This document shows, in pieces, positions 48,930 to 58,877 of a stretch of DNA of 64,000 nt (positions within the stretch are counted from its first letter, which is position 1; every line of letters begins with the position of its first letter). This stretch comes from Oceanispirochaeta sp. (GTDB taxonomy: Bacteria > Spirochaetota > Spirochaetia > DSM-2461), in the NCBI GenBank assembly GCA_963666275.2, contig CAXXOA010000001.1, positions 1,696,001 through 1,760,000 on the forward strand. Direction: 5' to 3'. The translations under genes and the position numbers were made by a program. The notes beneath the pieces were generated by a model, which saw only the letters and a list, made by a program, of their open reading frames with translations, ran no database searches and was not told the origin of the DNA.

Positions 48930-50045
48930 TCATGTTTTTTCCAGAAAATTCAGGTATTCCAGGGCGATAGGATCTTCCGGTTCCAGTTCCAGGACCGTGT
49001 GGAAGAATCCTCTGGCATCCTCTTTCTTTCCCTGTTTGAGTGCGAGGATACCCATATTGGATATGACCTTCACATTTTCCGAATCCATTTCAAAAGCCTG
49101 GAGGAGGTGGGCCTCGGCAGCGGAATAATTTTCCATCTCTATTTCACAGATTGCCAGTTCATTGTAGATATCCAGTTGGGATTTATTCAATTCGAGGGCT
49201 TTCAGAAATGCCTGTTCTGCGCTGGTGAAATCAGAAAGCTTCCGGAGTGCCCAGCCTTTGAGAAACCAGGCGTTCCATACATCAGGATTCCTCTCAAGGA
49301 AAGTTTCTATCTTATCCAGTCCCTCTTTATTCCTGTCGCTCAGAATAAGCTCATGAGCTTCCTTGTAGGCATCATTCTGATGTTTGATTCTGTCTGCATC
49401 ATTGAGGAGTCTTTTAGCTTCTGCCAGTTTAACTTCATCGTCTCCGAATTTAAGATAGGAACTTGCGAGTTCCGAGGTTTGCATGAAATCCTGTTTGTTA
49501 TAGAAAAACCAGGCCGCATTGAAAAATATATCAGCTAAAGTATCTCCGAATTCCAGCATGTCCCGATAGGAGTCTTCGGCTATGTCCATATATTTCTGAT
49601 ACTCTTCGAGTCTATTGAGAGTTTTAAGGTAATTGGCCTTGTTTTCATACAGGATTGTAAGATTCAGCCTATGCCGGATATTCTCAGGTTCCAGACCTGC
49701 CAGGGCTCTGAAAATTTCCTCACCCAGATCAAAGTCCTTCACCTGGGCTTTCACAATGGCTGACTGGGTAAGCTCCTGTACAATCTGAGGTTTTACTGAC
49801 AGAACGAAATTACGATAGTATCCTATATTTTCATTGGATTTATCGTAGGCAAGAATTTTGAGCATACCGGAAAGGATCATTTCCCAGCTCAAATCCTGCA
49901 TTTTCCATTCGGAAGGGGAGATCCCGGCGGGGATTTCCACCGGAAGCAGTATGGATTGATCTATAGTGAGATCGGTATTTTCGATTTTTAGATTTTCCGG
50001 TACAGAAATCAAAACGATGGAACCGAGAGGGTTGTTGGTATTCAT
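48930..50045 (-). CDS. TPR-repeat protein
   Basis: AWFLKGWALRKL...AFLKALELN, NMGILALKQG...VLELEPED. Confidence 0.88.
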   Translation of the reverse strand: MNTNNPLGSIVLISVPENLKIENTDLTIDQSILLPVEIPAGISPSEWKMQDLSWEMILSGMLKILAYDKSNENIGYYRNFVLSVKPQIVQELTQSAIVKAQVKDFDLGEEIFRALAGLEPENIRHRLNLTILYENKANYLKTLNRLEEYQKYMDIAEDSYRDMLEFGDTLADIFFNAAWFFYNKQDFMQTSELASSYLKFGDDEVKLAEAKRLLNDADRIKHQNDAYKEAHELILSDRNKEGLDKIETFLERNPDVWNAWFLKGWALRKLSDFTSAEQAFLKALELNKSQLDIYNELAICEIEMENYSAAEAHLLQAFEMDSENVKVISNMGILALKQGKKEDARGFFHTVLELEPEDPIALEYLNFLEKT

Positions 50046-50060
50046 AATACTCCGTAATAA

Positions 50061-50861
50061 TTATTTATTGAAAAGGTAGCTGTTTATCATCATTTTGTAG
50101 TTAAGAGGAAGATCATCAAGGGCAAAAAATACAGCTACTGCCACAAGATCTCTACGGCCCTGAACTTCTTCATGGCGTAAGATTTTTCCTTTAATGATGA
50201 TATGTTCAGCCTTATCGGTAATCATTTTCACTTCAGCTGTCTTATTTATCAGAAATTTGGCATTACCCTGAATGATAACTTTGCAGCCTGAAAAGGAGAC
50301 ATCTCTGAGGATCCCTTTCCGGGGAATGGAATCAATGGAGAGTACACAGCTTTTCGATCCGAGATGAAGAAGGTTCATAGAATCGCTTGTAATCATGATT
50401 CTTTCTTCTTTTCTCTTTGTCGCATTCACATTGGCTTCAAGAAGGAATCCAAGGATCTCAATCAGGTCATCAGGGGGACGGGTGGAAAAATTTAATGAGA
50501 TAAGATAGAGCTCTGAATCATCTTTGGAAAATTTGGTAAACGAACTGACCCGTGTCTGTATAAAAAAATTGTACTCCACAGGCTTGGGGGTTTCGTCTTT
50601 AAGAAAGCTCAGTCTGAGGGGGATATTTACATCATTATCCTGCATTTCCGCAAGAAAACTTTCTGAGACATTGGCAATAACCCGGGCAGACTCCAGACTG
50701 GAACTGTACAGGATACAGGGACGGCTGCCTTCCCTCAATTTCAGGAAAACTTTTTTAGGCTGCAGCCCCGTTGTTTTACTGACATCTTTATTGAATGTAA
50801 CATCAATGGTTCTGTATTTTGAGTAAAAATCTGTAATAACCTGGTTTGTGACAATGGCCAT
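50061..50861 (-). CDS. Spirochaete PilZ-domain c-di-GMP receptor (PlzA-like)
   Basis: KRKEER (RxxxR) and DVSFSG (DxSxxG). Confidence 0.85.
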   Translation of the reverse strand: MAIVTNQVITDFYSKYRTIDVTFNKDVSKTTGLQPKKVFLKLREGSRPCILYSSSLESARVIANVSESFLAEMQDNDVNIPLRLSFLKDETPKPVEYNFFIQTRVSSFTKFSKDDSELYLISLNFSTRPPDDLIEILGFLLEANVNATKRKEERIMITSDSMNLLHLGSKSCVLSIDSIPRKGILRDVSFSGCKVIIQGNAKFLINKTAEVKMITDKAEHIIIKGKILRHEEVQGRRDLVAVAVFFALDDLPLNYKMMINSYLFNK

Positions 50862-50936
50862 ATATATTGAAAATACTACTTCTTAAAATTAAGGTCGTCA
50901 ATCTTCTAGGATGTTTTATATCTGAATAAAAATAAA

Positions 50937-51116
50937 ACCCGCAGTGCCGTTTCGGGAGTTCATCCTCTTGAACTCTATTGTTCAAGTGGGATTCCGTTCC
51001 TGAACGTCCTGTTTCTCCTCAGATGGGATAGCAATTCTGTTCAAAGCATTTAGGAAGCCCTTGGATTAGACTTGTCGCAAGAGAAAATTCCCCAAATAAA
51101 CACGAACACCGCAGGT
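50937..51116 (-). ncRNA. ssrS: 6S RNA
   Basis: About 180 nt directly downstream of zapA. Ends pair (ACCTGCGGTGTTCGT with ACGGCACTGCGGGT). The 3' arm carries CTTGAAC-AATAGA-GTTCAAG, typical of 6S RNA. Confidence 0.8.
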
Positions 51117-51122
51117 AAAAAA

Positions 51123-51443
51123 CTAATTTATTGTGTCATCCAGAACCTGTATGACCCGTTGAAAAGCTCTATCGATCTCCTCCTGAACATTAATACTATC
51201 AGGATCTTCTGTATCAGATACCTTTTTGTACTGATTGTTTTTGAGATTGATAAGTTCATCAACTATATAGATGCTCGACAGGATAGAAAGTTTCAACTGG
51301 TCTACAGATTTATGTTTATCTCTGGTTTCTTCTATTTTTTTATTTAAAAACCAGATGACCTGCTTAAGCTGAGTCTGATCTTCAGCCGACTTCAGCGTCA
51401 GATTCACTCCTAAAATATTTACTTTCAGCAGGTCATCTTTCAT
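51123..51443 (-). CDS. zapA: Cell division protein ZapA
   Basis: VNILGVNLTLKS...LSILSSIYIVDEL; followed by 6S RNA. Confidence 0.8.
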   Translation of the reverse strand: MKDDLLKVNILGVNLTLKSAEDQTQLKQVIWFLNKKIEETRDKHKSVDQLKLSILSSIYIVDELINLKNNQYKKVSDTEDPDSINVQEEIDRAFQRVIQVLDDTIN

Positions 51444-51444
51444 A

Positions 51445-52062
51445 TCAGAAAATTTCAAGATTCTGGGGGTAACCGGAATCTTTTATTTCCTCTTTTTCCG
51501 GAGTCTCTTCAGATTCCGGTTCTTCTTCCGAAGTTTCATCTGATTCTTCTTCCTCAGAAGGGGAGGAGTCAACCACTACAGTTTCCTCCTCTTCCTCCTC
51601 ATAAGGATCTTCCGCACTAATTTCCTGCTGTTCCGATTGATTGCCTGATATATCACTTATTTCTGAATCTTCAGAACTCTCCTCTTCTTCCGCAGCTGAA
51701 TCATCAACAACGGGGGCGGGCTCTGTTTCTACTGCTTCTTCTTCAACAGAAACAGTCTCATCAGAATCTGCAATTTCAGTATCTTCACTGGCTGAAATAA
51801 ATTCAGAAGCTGAATTGTCTTCTTCGGTTTCGTCCTCTGAGTCAAGCTCCGAGAACTGATTAAGAGCGTCTATGATACCTTTTTCAATCACGGCCTGTTC
51901 ACTGGTTAAATCAGATTTCAGATTTTCCAATTCCGAGATTTGTTCCTTCAGAAGGGTGTTCTCTTCATTGAGTTCCTTATTTTCTGTTTTCAGCTTTTTA
52001 ATTAATTGAACTGCATCGCTTACTTTTTTTTCCAGCAACTGAACCTGATCAAATGTTATCAT
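51445..52062 (-). CDS. ZapB-like coiled-coil protein with long acidic tail
   Basis: MITFDQVQLLEKKVSDAVQLIKKLKTEN coiled coil upstream of zapA; E/D/S-rich C-terminal region. Confidence 0.7.
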   Translation of the reverse strand: MITFDQVQLLEKKVSDAVQLIKKLKTENKELNEENTLLKEQISELENLKSDLTSEQAVIEKGIIDALNQFSELDSEDETEEDNSASEFISASEDTEIADSDETVSVEEEAVETEPAPVVDDSAAEEEESSEDSEISDISGNQSEQQEISAEDPYEEEEEETVVVDSSPSEEEESDETSEEEPESEETPEKEEIKDSGYPQNLEIF

Positions 52063-52068
52063 AAAACA

Positions 52069-52428
52069 TTAAGCTCCTAAAGATGATTTCGCTTTTTCAA
52101 CAAGTACTGAAAAACCTTTGGGATCTTCAATAGCCATGTTGGACAGAGATTTTCTGTTGATTTCAATTCCGGCTTTGTTCAAACCGTTGATGAAACGTGA
52201 GTAGGTCATTCCCTGTTCTCTACAGGCTGCAGAGATTCTGGCAATCCAAAGCTGTCTGAAATCTCTTTTTTTGACTTTCCTGTCTCTGTAAGCATACTGA
52301 CCTGCTTTTACAACAGCATCTTTAGCTACACGGTGAAGTTTACTTCTTCTTCCCCAGTAACCTTTTGCTTCTTTCAGGATCTTTTTTCTGTGATCTTTTC
52401 TTTTCTTTCCATCTACCGCTCTGGGCAT
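52069..52428 (-). CDS. rplT: 50S ribosomal protein L20
   Basis: [37 protein letters not shown]. Confidence 0.98.
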   Translation of the reverse strand: MPRAVDGKKRKDHRKKILKEAKGYWGRRSKLHRVAKDAVVKAGQYAYRDRKVKKRDFRQLWIARISAACREQGMTYSRFINGLNKAGIEINRKSLSNMAIEDPKGFSVLVEKAKSSLGA

Positions 52429-52442
52429 AAATTCTTCCTTCC

Positions 52443-52640
52443 TTAACCGTAGGGTAACAATTTTTTCAGTCTGGGGATCTCAGTCTTACTGATTACATCA
52501 GGGTGTCTGAGGTTCCGTTTCCGCTTGGCAGACTTTTTGGTCAGAATATGACGGGTGGCCTGTTTTTTGTATTTTGCTTTGCCTGTACCAGTCATCTTGA
52601 ACCGTTTTGCCGCACTTTTGCGTGTCTTCATTTTTGGCAT
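52443..52640 (-). CDS. rpmI: 50S ribosomal protein L35
   Basis: [21 protein letters not shown]...HILTKK. Confidence 0.98.
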   Translation of the reverse strand: MPKMKTRKSAAKRFKMTGTGKAKYKKQATRHILTKKSAKRKRNLRHPDVISKTEIPRLKKLLPYG

Positions 52641-52652
52641 ATGAATCCTCTA

Positions 52653-53174
52653 CTATTTTTTGGTTTTCGGGCTCAACAGCATAGACATAAATCTCCCTTC
52701 CATACGGGGGGGACTGTCCAGGTTGAAAGAGCCTTCTTCAAGCAGTTCAATTAATTTATCAAGAACAACCTTTCCGAGCTCGGTATGTGCCATTTCCCGA
52801 CCTCTGAATCGAATTGTAACTTTTACTTTATTACCACCGTCCAGGAATTCCTGAACATGTTTTGTTTTGAAAGCCAGGTCATGCTTTTCAATCTTGGGCT
52901 GCATGCGGACTTCTTTGAGTTTGACCAGTTTCTGCTTCTTTTTCTGTTCGCGGTTCTTTTTATCCAGATCAAACTTGTATTTCCCATAGTTGAGAATCTT
53001 ACAGACCGGCGGTTTGGACTGTGGTGCTACCTCAACCAGGTCAACTCCCGCCTCTTTCGCCATATCGAGGGCTTCACGGATGGGAACAATACCTTTCTGA
53101 TTCCCTTCCTCATCAATCAATCTAACTTCTCTGACCCGAATCTGTTCATTTATTCTCAAATCTTTAACAGCCAA
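52653..53174 (-). CDS. infC: Translation initiation factor IF-3
   Basis: [40 protein letters not shown]; non-ATG start (TTG 53174 best spaced from AAGGAG, GTG 53177 alternative). Confidence 0.97.
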   Translation of the reverse strand: MAVKDLRINEQIRVREVRLIDEEGNQKGIVPIREALDMAKEAGVDLVEVAPQSKPPVCKILNYGKYKFDLDKKNREQKKKQKLVKLKEVRMQPKIEKHDLAFKTKHVQEFLDGGNKVKVTIRFRGREMAHTELGKVVLDKLIELLEEGSFNLDSPPRMEGRFMSMLLSPKTKK

Positions 53175-53231
53175 CACAACTCCTTGGATCTATCTTTAAG
53201 CGATAACATCCCTGCTAACAAATTTCTAAAA

Positions 53232-53260
53232 AATATAGCATGTCCTGAACGAAGAGTCAA
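53232..53260 (-). promoter_or_regulatory. sigma70 promoter of infC-rpmI-rplT
   Basis: TTGACT-N17-TATATT with TG extension. Confidence 0.65.
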
Positions 53261-53380
53261 AGGGGTAGAACACCGTCTTTTATCTTCACAGCAAGGGAAT
53301 ATAACGGAATTTTCATTTTGTGTCTATAATTTAAGGCATTGTTGTCTAATCCTTAAAATCATGATAATAGTTATGTTTGT

Positions 53381-54016
53381 ATGAACATATTTTATTTGAC
53401 ATTAATGCCTCTGTTTTACTGGGGTATTCAGAACCTGTTTTCTTTTGAAAAAGTCCGTTTGACTGATGTATTGAAGCCCTGTTTTATCGGTTTATGCCTG
53501 GCTGTGCCCATGCAGCTGCTTTATTGGGCTTTTGATATATATTTTTCGTTAAACTGGAGCGGGACGGGTATCTTTTTCTTCTCTTTTTTTAATAAAGAAG
53601 GTTTCCTCTATCTTCCCTTTGCAGCCTATCTTTTCTTCCATTACAGAAAAAGTTCTGCAGGGAACCTGTATATAAGGGAGATTCTGGGATTTTTTGCAGG
53701 ATACTACTTCCTTTTTGCTTTTATAGATGTTCTCACTGGAGAGGCCCGTACCAGTTATGATCTTATTTATCTGCCCATACAGAGACTTTCTCTTATGCTG
53801 AGCGCTTCTCTGCTTCTGAACCGCTTCCTTGGGGAGAAAGACAGGATAAAATATGCCTACCTGGCAGCTATTCTGCTCCTTCCCTTCCTTTATAATATGA
53901 TTCCGGTTCTTTTCCTTGTGAATCGTCTTCTTATAGGGCATATCATTTTTATACCAATCGTCCTTGCCTCTTTTATTTTTTTCTATCTGGAAATACAGAA
54001 AAGCCAGTCTGAATGA
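53381..54016 (+). CDS. Hypothetical polytopic membrane protein
   Basis: About 7 hydrophobic segments. Confidence 0.75.
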   Translation: MNIFYLTLMPLFYWGIQNLFSFEKVRLTDVLKPCFIGLCLAVPMQLLYWAFDIYFSLNWSGTGIFFFSFFNKEGFLYLPFAAYLFFHYRKSSAGNLYIREILGFFAGYYFLFAFIDVLTGEARTSYDLIYLPIQRLSLMLSASLLLNRFLGEKDRIKYAYLAAILLLPFLYNMIPVLFLVNRLLIGHIIFIPIVLASFIFFYLEIQKSQSE

Positions 54017-54888
54017 ATAAGGCCGGGCGGACACATCTCAGGGGATTTTTACTCGCTTTCCTGATTTTCTTTCTTCTGCTTTCCTGCAGTTCAAGGAAAG
54101 TGCTGGTTCTGACAGATCCTTACTGGGAGGACTTTTCGCCTTTATGCGGTAGCCATACTCTGACAAGAGGGCTTGTTTTCCTGAAAAATGGTCTCATCCC
54201 TGTATTTGAAACATACAGGGGGGACGATCAGGATTTTCCTGTCTGGCTGGAAGATATTCTGGAAAAGAGTCAGCCCTCGTCCATTTCTGTTACCTATCCC
54301 TATCTGCGTTTCAGTCAGATACTGCAGAATAAATTTCTTCCACTCACAGTTCTTCAGCTTAATGGTTCTCCCGGAGGAGCAGAATATTCCTATGGAATAG
54401 CAAGACGCCGGAATGCCCTGGAGAATGCCGCTGTCCTTATGAGGGAGAAGTATGAACAGGATGGCGCTCTGCCTATATTGATACTGTACAAAAATGATGC
54501 TGTATTTAACGAAGAGTATCAGGCTGTTCTCAGAGGATGGGGAAGTGATATGGATTTTCCGGAAAAGGGTGTTCTTTTTCTGGAACAGGGAAATAGTGAT
54601 ATAAATGGTCACATCCTGAGGTTTTTCAATTCCTTTGACTGGGAAAATAATTCCTATACTCTTCTGGCGATACCGGACCGCTTTCTGCCCAATCTGATTG
54701 ACCTCTGGCCTGAAGGACAGAATATAACAGCTATTCTGACAAGTCCTGATTATGATTTTCTTCCTGACAATGTGAAGTATTTAATATATCCTGATTTACA
54801 GGGACTTCTGGAGGCCTCTGCAGAAATCTCTTCCGGTAGAGTCGGGGAGGAAATCCTGTATGTGGAATCGGATCTGCATAAAAGGTAA
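54013..54888 (+). CDS. Hypothetical lipoprotein
   Basis: Lipobox FLLLSC; ATGA overlap with the upstream gene. Confidence 0.72.
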   Translation: MNKAGRTHLRGFLLAFLIFFLLLSCSSRKVLVLTDPYWEDFSPLCGSHTLTRGLVFLKNGLIPVFETYRGDDQDFPVWLEDILEKSQPSSISVTYPYLRFSQILQNKFLPLTVLQLNGSPGGAEYSYGIARRRNALENAAVLMREKYEQDGALPILILYKNDAVFNEEYQAVLRGWGSDMDFPEKGVLFLEQGNSDINGHILRFFNSFDWENNSYTLLAIPDRFLPNLIDLWPEGQNITAILTSPDYDFLPDNVKYLIYPDLQGLLEASAEISSGRVGEEILYVESDLHKR

Positions 54889-54948
54889 AAAAGGTATATT
54901 TGAATATTTTTGTTTCTTCTCCGGAAAGGAATAAAAACTAAAAAAGGT

Positions 54949-54977
54949 TTGACACGAAATACCTGGAGAAATATAAT
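54949..54977 (+). promoter_or_regulatory. Consensus sigma70 promoter of the flaA operon
   Basis: TTGACA-N17-TATAAT, a perfect match. Confidence 0.85.
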
Positions 54978-55026
54978 TCATTTTGAATAAAATATTTTTA
55001 TTTTGTTGAATATTAAGGAGTTTATA

Positions 55027-55809
55027 ATGAGACATGGCCGCCTGGTTCTTGCAGGCTTATTGATTCTGTTTACTCTTTGTGCAGGCTTTTTGTTTGCCGA
55101 TGAGAAAACTCTTAAGCTTGAATCATATGTTATCGATAGTTTTGACGGTCCCGGTTCTGCGTTACATGAAGATGGAAGTCCAATTGTCTGGCAGGTAATG
55201 GGGAGTAAATTCTCTACAGAAGGTTTCCCCAAGATGGTATATGTACCGAATGAATGGCCGGATGATCTCTTTGGTCCCGATCCAGAGAACAGCGACAGCC
55301 TCCAGGTTCTCGGTATCAACTCCAGATTCGATAGAAAAGGTTACAATCAGATTGAGATTATTCCCGGTGCCGGTGAAGGCGACAGCTGGGAAGCGAAACC
55401 CATAAGTCTGCCCGGAAGAATCAAAACAGTTGATCTCTGGGTTTGGGGATCACGCTTCAACTACAGTATTGAAATGCATTTCATGGATTATCAGGGACTT
55501 GCCTACAGGCTTGATCTTATTCCCTCTGATGATAAAAGATCTGTGGGAAGCATCAATTTTTCCGGATGGAAAAATATGTATCTGGATATTCCCAATTACA
55601 TTAAACAGTCTGTTGTCTATCAGCCCGAATACAAAGGTCTGAGACTGACAAAGATTGTTGTTTATACCCATCCTTCAGAAAATGTAAGTAATTTTTATGT
55701 CTATCTTGATCATTTAAAAGTCCTTTCTGATAAGCATGAATCCTATTATGACGGATTTGGTTTGACAGATCCTGAAAGAATTCAGGAAATCTGGGGCGAA
55801 GGAGAATAA
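55027..55809 (+). CDS. flaA: Flagellar filament outer layer (sheath) protein FlaA
   Basis: Signal peptide; VLGINSRFDRKGYN, LPGRIKTVDLWVWG, INFSGWKNM; AAGGAG before ATG 55027. Confidence 0.9.
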   Translation: MRHGRLVLAGLLILFTLCAGFLFADEKTLKLESYVIDSFDGPGSALHEDGSPIVWQVMGSKFSTEGFPKMVYVPNEWPDDLFGPDPENSDSLQVLGINSRFDRKGYNQIEIIPGAGEGDSWEAKPISLPGRIKTVDLWVWGSRFNYSIEMHFMDYQGLAYRLDLIPSDDKRSVGSINFSGWKNMYLDIPNYIKQSVVYQPEYKGLRLTKIVVYTHPSENVSNFYVYLDHLKVLSDKHESYYDGFGLTDPERIQEIWGEGE

Positions 55810-55812
55810 ACG

Positions 55813-56520
55813 ATGAAAAAGTTTTTAATCAGTTTTGTGATCGCATCAGTTTTCACCGGTATGATGATCACTGCCCAGGATGCCGGAGAACCGAATGCCG
55901 CTCAGATCGGTATTGATTCCGCTCAGCAGAAACTTCAGGAAGTTTCCGTTAGCAAGTTTGAAGATGCCGGCCTCTGGTATGGTGTTATGGCTGCTGACGA
56001 AGGGATTGTTCAGCTTCGCCGCTTTGAAGGGTCTCCTCTTGATAAGGAACCAATTGAAGGCGAAGTGGCTGCGGGAATACAGGAATCTGATGATTACGTT
56101 CTCGGTGCTAAGGTCTCTTTTTATAGAAGAGGTATGAACTCCTTCTCAATCAGACCTGTTAGGCCTCTTCCCATTGAAGGAATTACCAAAACCATTTCTG
56201 TATGGGTAGCCGGTAGAAATACCAATCATGTTCTGCAGATGGAAATCTCAGATCATTTCGGTAATGTAGCCTACATCAATATGGGAAAACTCAACTTTGT
56301 CGGCTGGAAAAAGGTAACAGTTTCTGTTCCTCCCACTATTGTACAGAGGGATTATCACTATAACAATAAAATGGGAATTACCATTCAGGGATTCAATGTT
56401 CTGTGTGATCTTGATGAGACATACGGAACCTATTACATCTATCTCGATGACCTGCGGGCCGTATCGGATCTGTTTGCTGAAGACAGCAGAGATGTTGATG
56501 ACATTCTGGATTCCTGGTGA
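55813..56520 (+). CDS. flaA: Flagellar filament outer layer protein FlaA (second paralogue)
   Basis: Signal peptide; VLGAKVSFYRRG, PIEGITKTISVWVAGRN, GKLNFVGWKK, YIYLDDL. Confidence 0.9.
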   Translation: MKKFLISFVIASVFTGMMITAQDAGEPNAAQIGIDSAQQKLQEVSVSKFEDAGLWYGVMAADEGIVQLRRFEGSPLDKEPIEGEVAAGIQESDDYVLGAKVSFYRRGMNSFSIRPVRPLPIEGITKTISVWVAGRNTNHVLQMEISDHFGNVAYINMGKLNFVGWKKVTVSVPPTIVQRDYHYNNKMGITIQGFNVLCDLDETYGTYYIYLDDLRAVSDLFAEDSRDVDDILDSW

Positions 56521-56621
56521 TCTTTGATTTAACCGTATAGGATGATACAGTGTAAGCGTCAAATAAACCGCATCTAATAATTTTGAAGACCTCCCAGTAC
56601 AATCTCACAAGGAGGTCTTCC

Positions 56622-56924
56622 TTGAAACAATATAAAATGGATCAGCGCCATGCTCTTCTGGCAGAATGGGAACTGTCTGGCAAATCAGTAAATCAATTCT
56701 GCCGGGATAAAAACCTGAAAGCAACAACATTCCACGGATGGAGGAAGCGATACAAACGGAAACCTCAACCTTTGGTTGAAATTCCTGTAAAACTGCCCAG
56801 GGAAACATCCATAGGCTCATCCATTGAATTGCAATGGAAATCCTACCGGATAAAACTGGACCGGGATTTTGATACAATCACATTAAAGAAACTGCTTCAG
56901 ACCCTGGAAGAGTGCAATGATTAA
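56622..56924 (+). CDS. tnpA: IS66 accessory HTH protein TnpA
   Basis: WELSGKSVNQFCRDKNLKATTFHGWRKR; AAGGAGG before TTG 56622. Confidence 0.88.
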   Translation: MKQYKMDQRHALLAEWELSGKSVNQFCRDKNLKATTFHGWRKRYKRKPQPLVEIPVKLPRETSIGSSIELQWKSYRIKLDRDFDTITLKKLLQTLEECND

Positions 56925-57264
56925 GGATTTCTCCCAGGTCAAAATATTTATCCGCCCCGGTGTTACGGATATGCGGAAAGCCATAAACGGTTTGGCTGTA
57001 GAAGTTCAGGATGAAATGTCTCTTGATCCCTTTTGCGGCTCTCTCTTCATGTTCTGTAATAAACAGAGACGGATTCTGAAGGCCCTCTATTGGGACCAGA
57101 CAGGGTTCTGCCTCTGGCAGAAACGTCTAGAGAAGCACCGTTTTCCCTGGCCGGATACGGAAGAAGCTGCTAAAGCCATCAGCTTTGAAGAACTCTCTAT
57201 GCTTTTGAAGGGTATAGATTTCTGGAGGGCTCATAAATCATTGAAATATTCAGAAATTGCCTGA
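56917..57264 (+). CDS. tnpB: IS66 accessory protein TnpB
   Basis: TDMRKAINGL, LFMFCNK, LYWDQTGFCLWQKRLEKHRFPWP. Confidence 0.95.
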   Translation: MIKDFSQVKIFIRPGVTDMRKAINGLAVEVQDEMSLDPFCGSLFMFCNKQRRILKALYWDQTGFCLWQKRLEKHRFPWPDTEEAAKAISFEELSMLLKGIDFWRAHKSLKYSEIA

Positions 57265-57305
57265 AAGGAATTTACTCAAATTCCAGACTTTGCTAAAATT
57301 CTTTT

Positions 57306-58877
57306 ATGGATATTGCCTCTCTTCCTTTGGAAGCACAAAGAGAATTCCTTTTGCTGAAACAGCAACTCGCTGAATCAAAAGCCCAGAACCAGAACTGGGA
57401 AAAGAAGTATCAGCTTCTTGAAGAGAAACTGGCTTTGGCCCTGCATCGGCAATTTGGCAGAAGAGCAGAAAATATTCCTGATCAGATTGAATTGTTTGAT
57501 ACTGAAGAATCTGTGACTCCAGAGGAAGACAGTTCAGAAGAACAGGAAATATCCACCTACAAACGTAAAAAAACAGGCAGAAAGCCTCTGGATGAGAACC
57601 TTCCCCGTAAAGAACGGATTATTGATATTTCTGAAGATGAGAAAATCTGTGCCTGCGGTATGGAACTGAAGAAGATCGGAGAAGAAATCTCTGAGAAACT
57701 GCATGTGATCCCTCCCCGTATCTGGGTAGAGCGGATTATCCGGTTTAAATATGCCTGTGGTAATTGTGAAGGAACCGCCGATGAAGATGTTCCTGCTGTA
57801 AAGATTGCCCCTCCGGAGCCTTCCATCATCCCCAAAGGGATTGTCACTCCCGGTCTGTTGGCATTTCTGATGATAAACAAGTACGTGGACCATCTTCCTT
57901 TTTACCGACAGGAAAAACGGTTTGAGCGTATGGGAGCCCGGATTAGCCGTCAGAATATGAGTAATTGGCAGAAAAAGGCTTACGAAGCCCTTCTCCCTCT
58001 CTTTGAACTGCTGAAAACACACATAAAATCCGGTCCAGTGCTCCAAATGGATGAAACAACCGTCCAGGTTCTGAATGAACCAGGTCGGGATAACAAACAA
58101 AAATCCTATATGTGGCTGGCCAGAGGCGGTCCTCCGGGACAACAAGCTGTTTATTATGAGTACCATCCGACACGGGCATCGGAATATGCGAAGAATTTTC
58201 TCACTGGTTTTAAAGGGTATCTGCAAACCGATGGATATCAAGGATACAAAACCGCGGTAGAAGGCAATCCCGATATACATCTGGTAGGCTGCTTTGCTCA
58301 TGCCAGAAGGAAGTTCATTGAGGCTGATAAAGCCAGTAAGAAATCTAAAAGTGCTCTGGAAGGAATCAAACATATCAAGAAGCTCTATGCCTTGGAAAAT
58401 GATCTAAGGAGTAGGAAATTGTCTCCTGAAGATTTCCTGGAACAACGGAAAAGCAAGGCTGAACCCATTCTTGATGCATTTAAACAGTGGTTGGATAAAA
58501 GGGCTGAAAATGTTTTACCGGAAAGTGCTTTGGGAAAAGCGGTTCACTATGCATTGAATCAATGGGATTATTTGATTCGATATCTGGAAAGCCCCTATCT
58601 GACTCCGGATAATAATGCCAGTGAAAATGCTATTCGTCCTTTTGTTCTGGGGAGGAAAAACTGGCTATTTTCCGGGAATCCCAAAGGGGCAGACAGTTCC
58701 TGCGGGATGTATTCTCTGATTGAGACTGCAAAACAAAATAATTTGAATCCCTTTGATTATCTGCATTATGTTTTCTCTAAAGCTCCGCTCATCAATAATG
58801 AACAAGAATGGGAAGAATTATTACCATGGAATTTAAAAGATAACATTACGGCTGATAAAGGGCCTGTGTTTATTTGA
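57306..58877 (+). CDS. tnpC: IS66 DDE transposase TnpC
   Basis: KYVDHLPFYRQE, QMDETT, LQTDGY, CFAHARRKF, DNNASENAIR, GRKNWLF. Confidence 0.96.
   Translation: MDIASLPLEAQREFLLLKQQLAESKAQNQNWEKKYQLLEEKLALALHRQFGRRAENIPDQIELFDTEESVTPEEDSSEEQEISTYKRKKTGRKPLDENLPRKERIIDISEDEKICACGMELKKIGEEISEKLHVIPPRIWVERIIRFKYACGNCEGTADEDVPAVKIAPPEPSIIPKGIVTPGLLAFLMINKYVDHLPFYRQEKRFERMGARISRQNMSNWQKKAYEALLPLFELLKTHIKSGPVLQMDETTVQVLNEPGRDNKQKSYMWLARGGPPGQQAVYYEYHPTRASEYAKNFLTGFKGYLQTDGYQGYKTAVEGNPDIHLVGCFAHARRKFIEADKASKKSKSALEGIKHIKKLYALENDLRSRKLSPEDFLEQRKSKAEPILDAFKQWLDKRAENVLPESALGKAVHYALNQWDYLIRYLESPYLTPDNNASENAIRPFVLGRKNWLFSGNPKGADSSCGMYSLIETAKQNNLNPFDYLHYVFSKAPLINNEQEWEELLPWNLKDNITADKGPVFI

Noticed and set aside
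56917..57264. IS66 TnpB as an RNA-guided TnpB nuclease
   Set aside because: Shared name only; this is a 115-aa IS66 accessory protein with no RuvC motifs.
57534..58373. 279-aa ORF inside IS66, and similar shadows opposite hrpB, nagZ, the NMO-like gene, fba, infC and the MCPs
   Set aside because: Reverse-frame shadows of well-supported genes.
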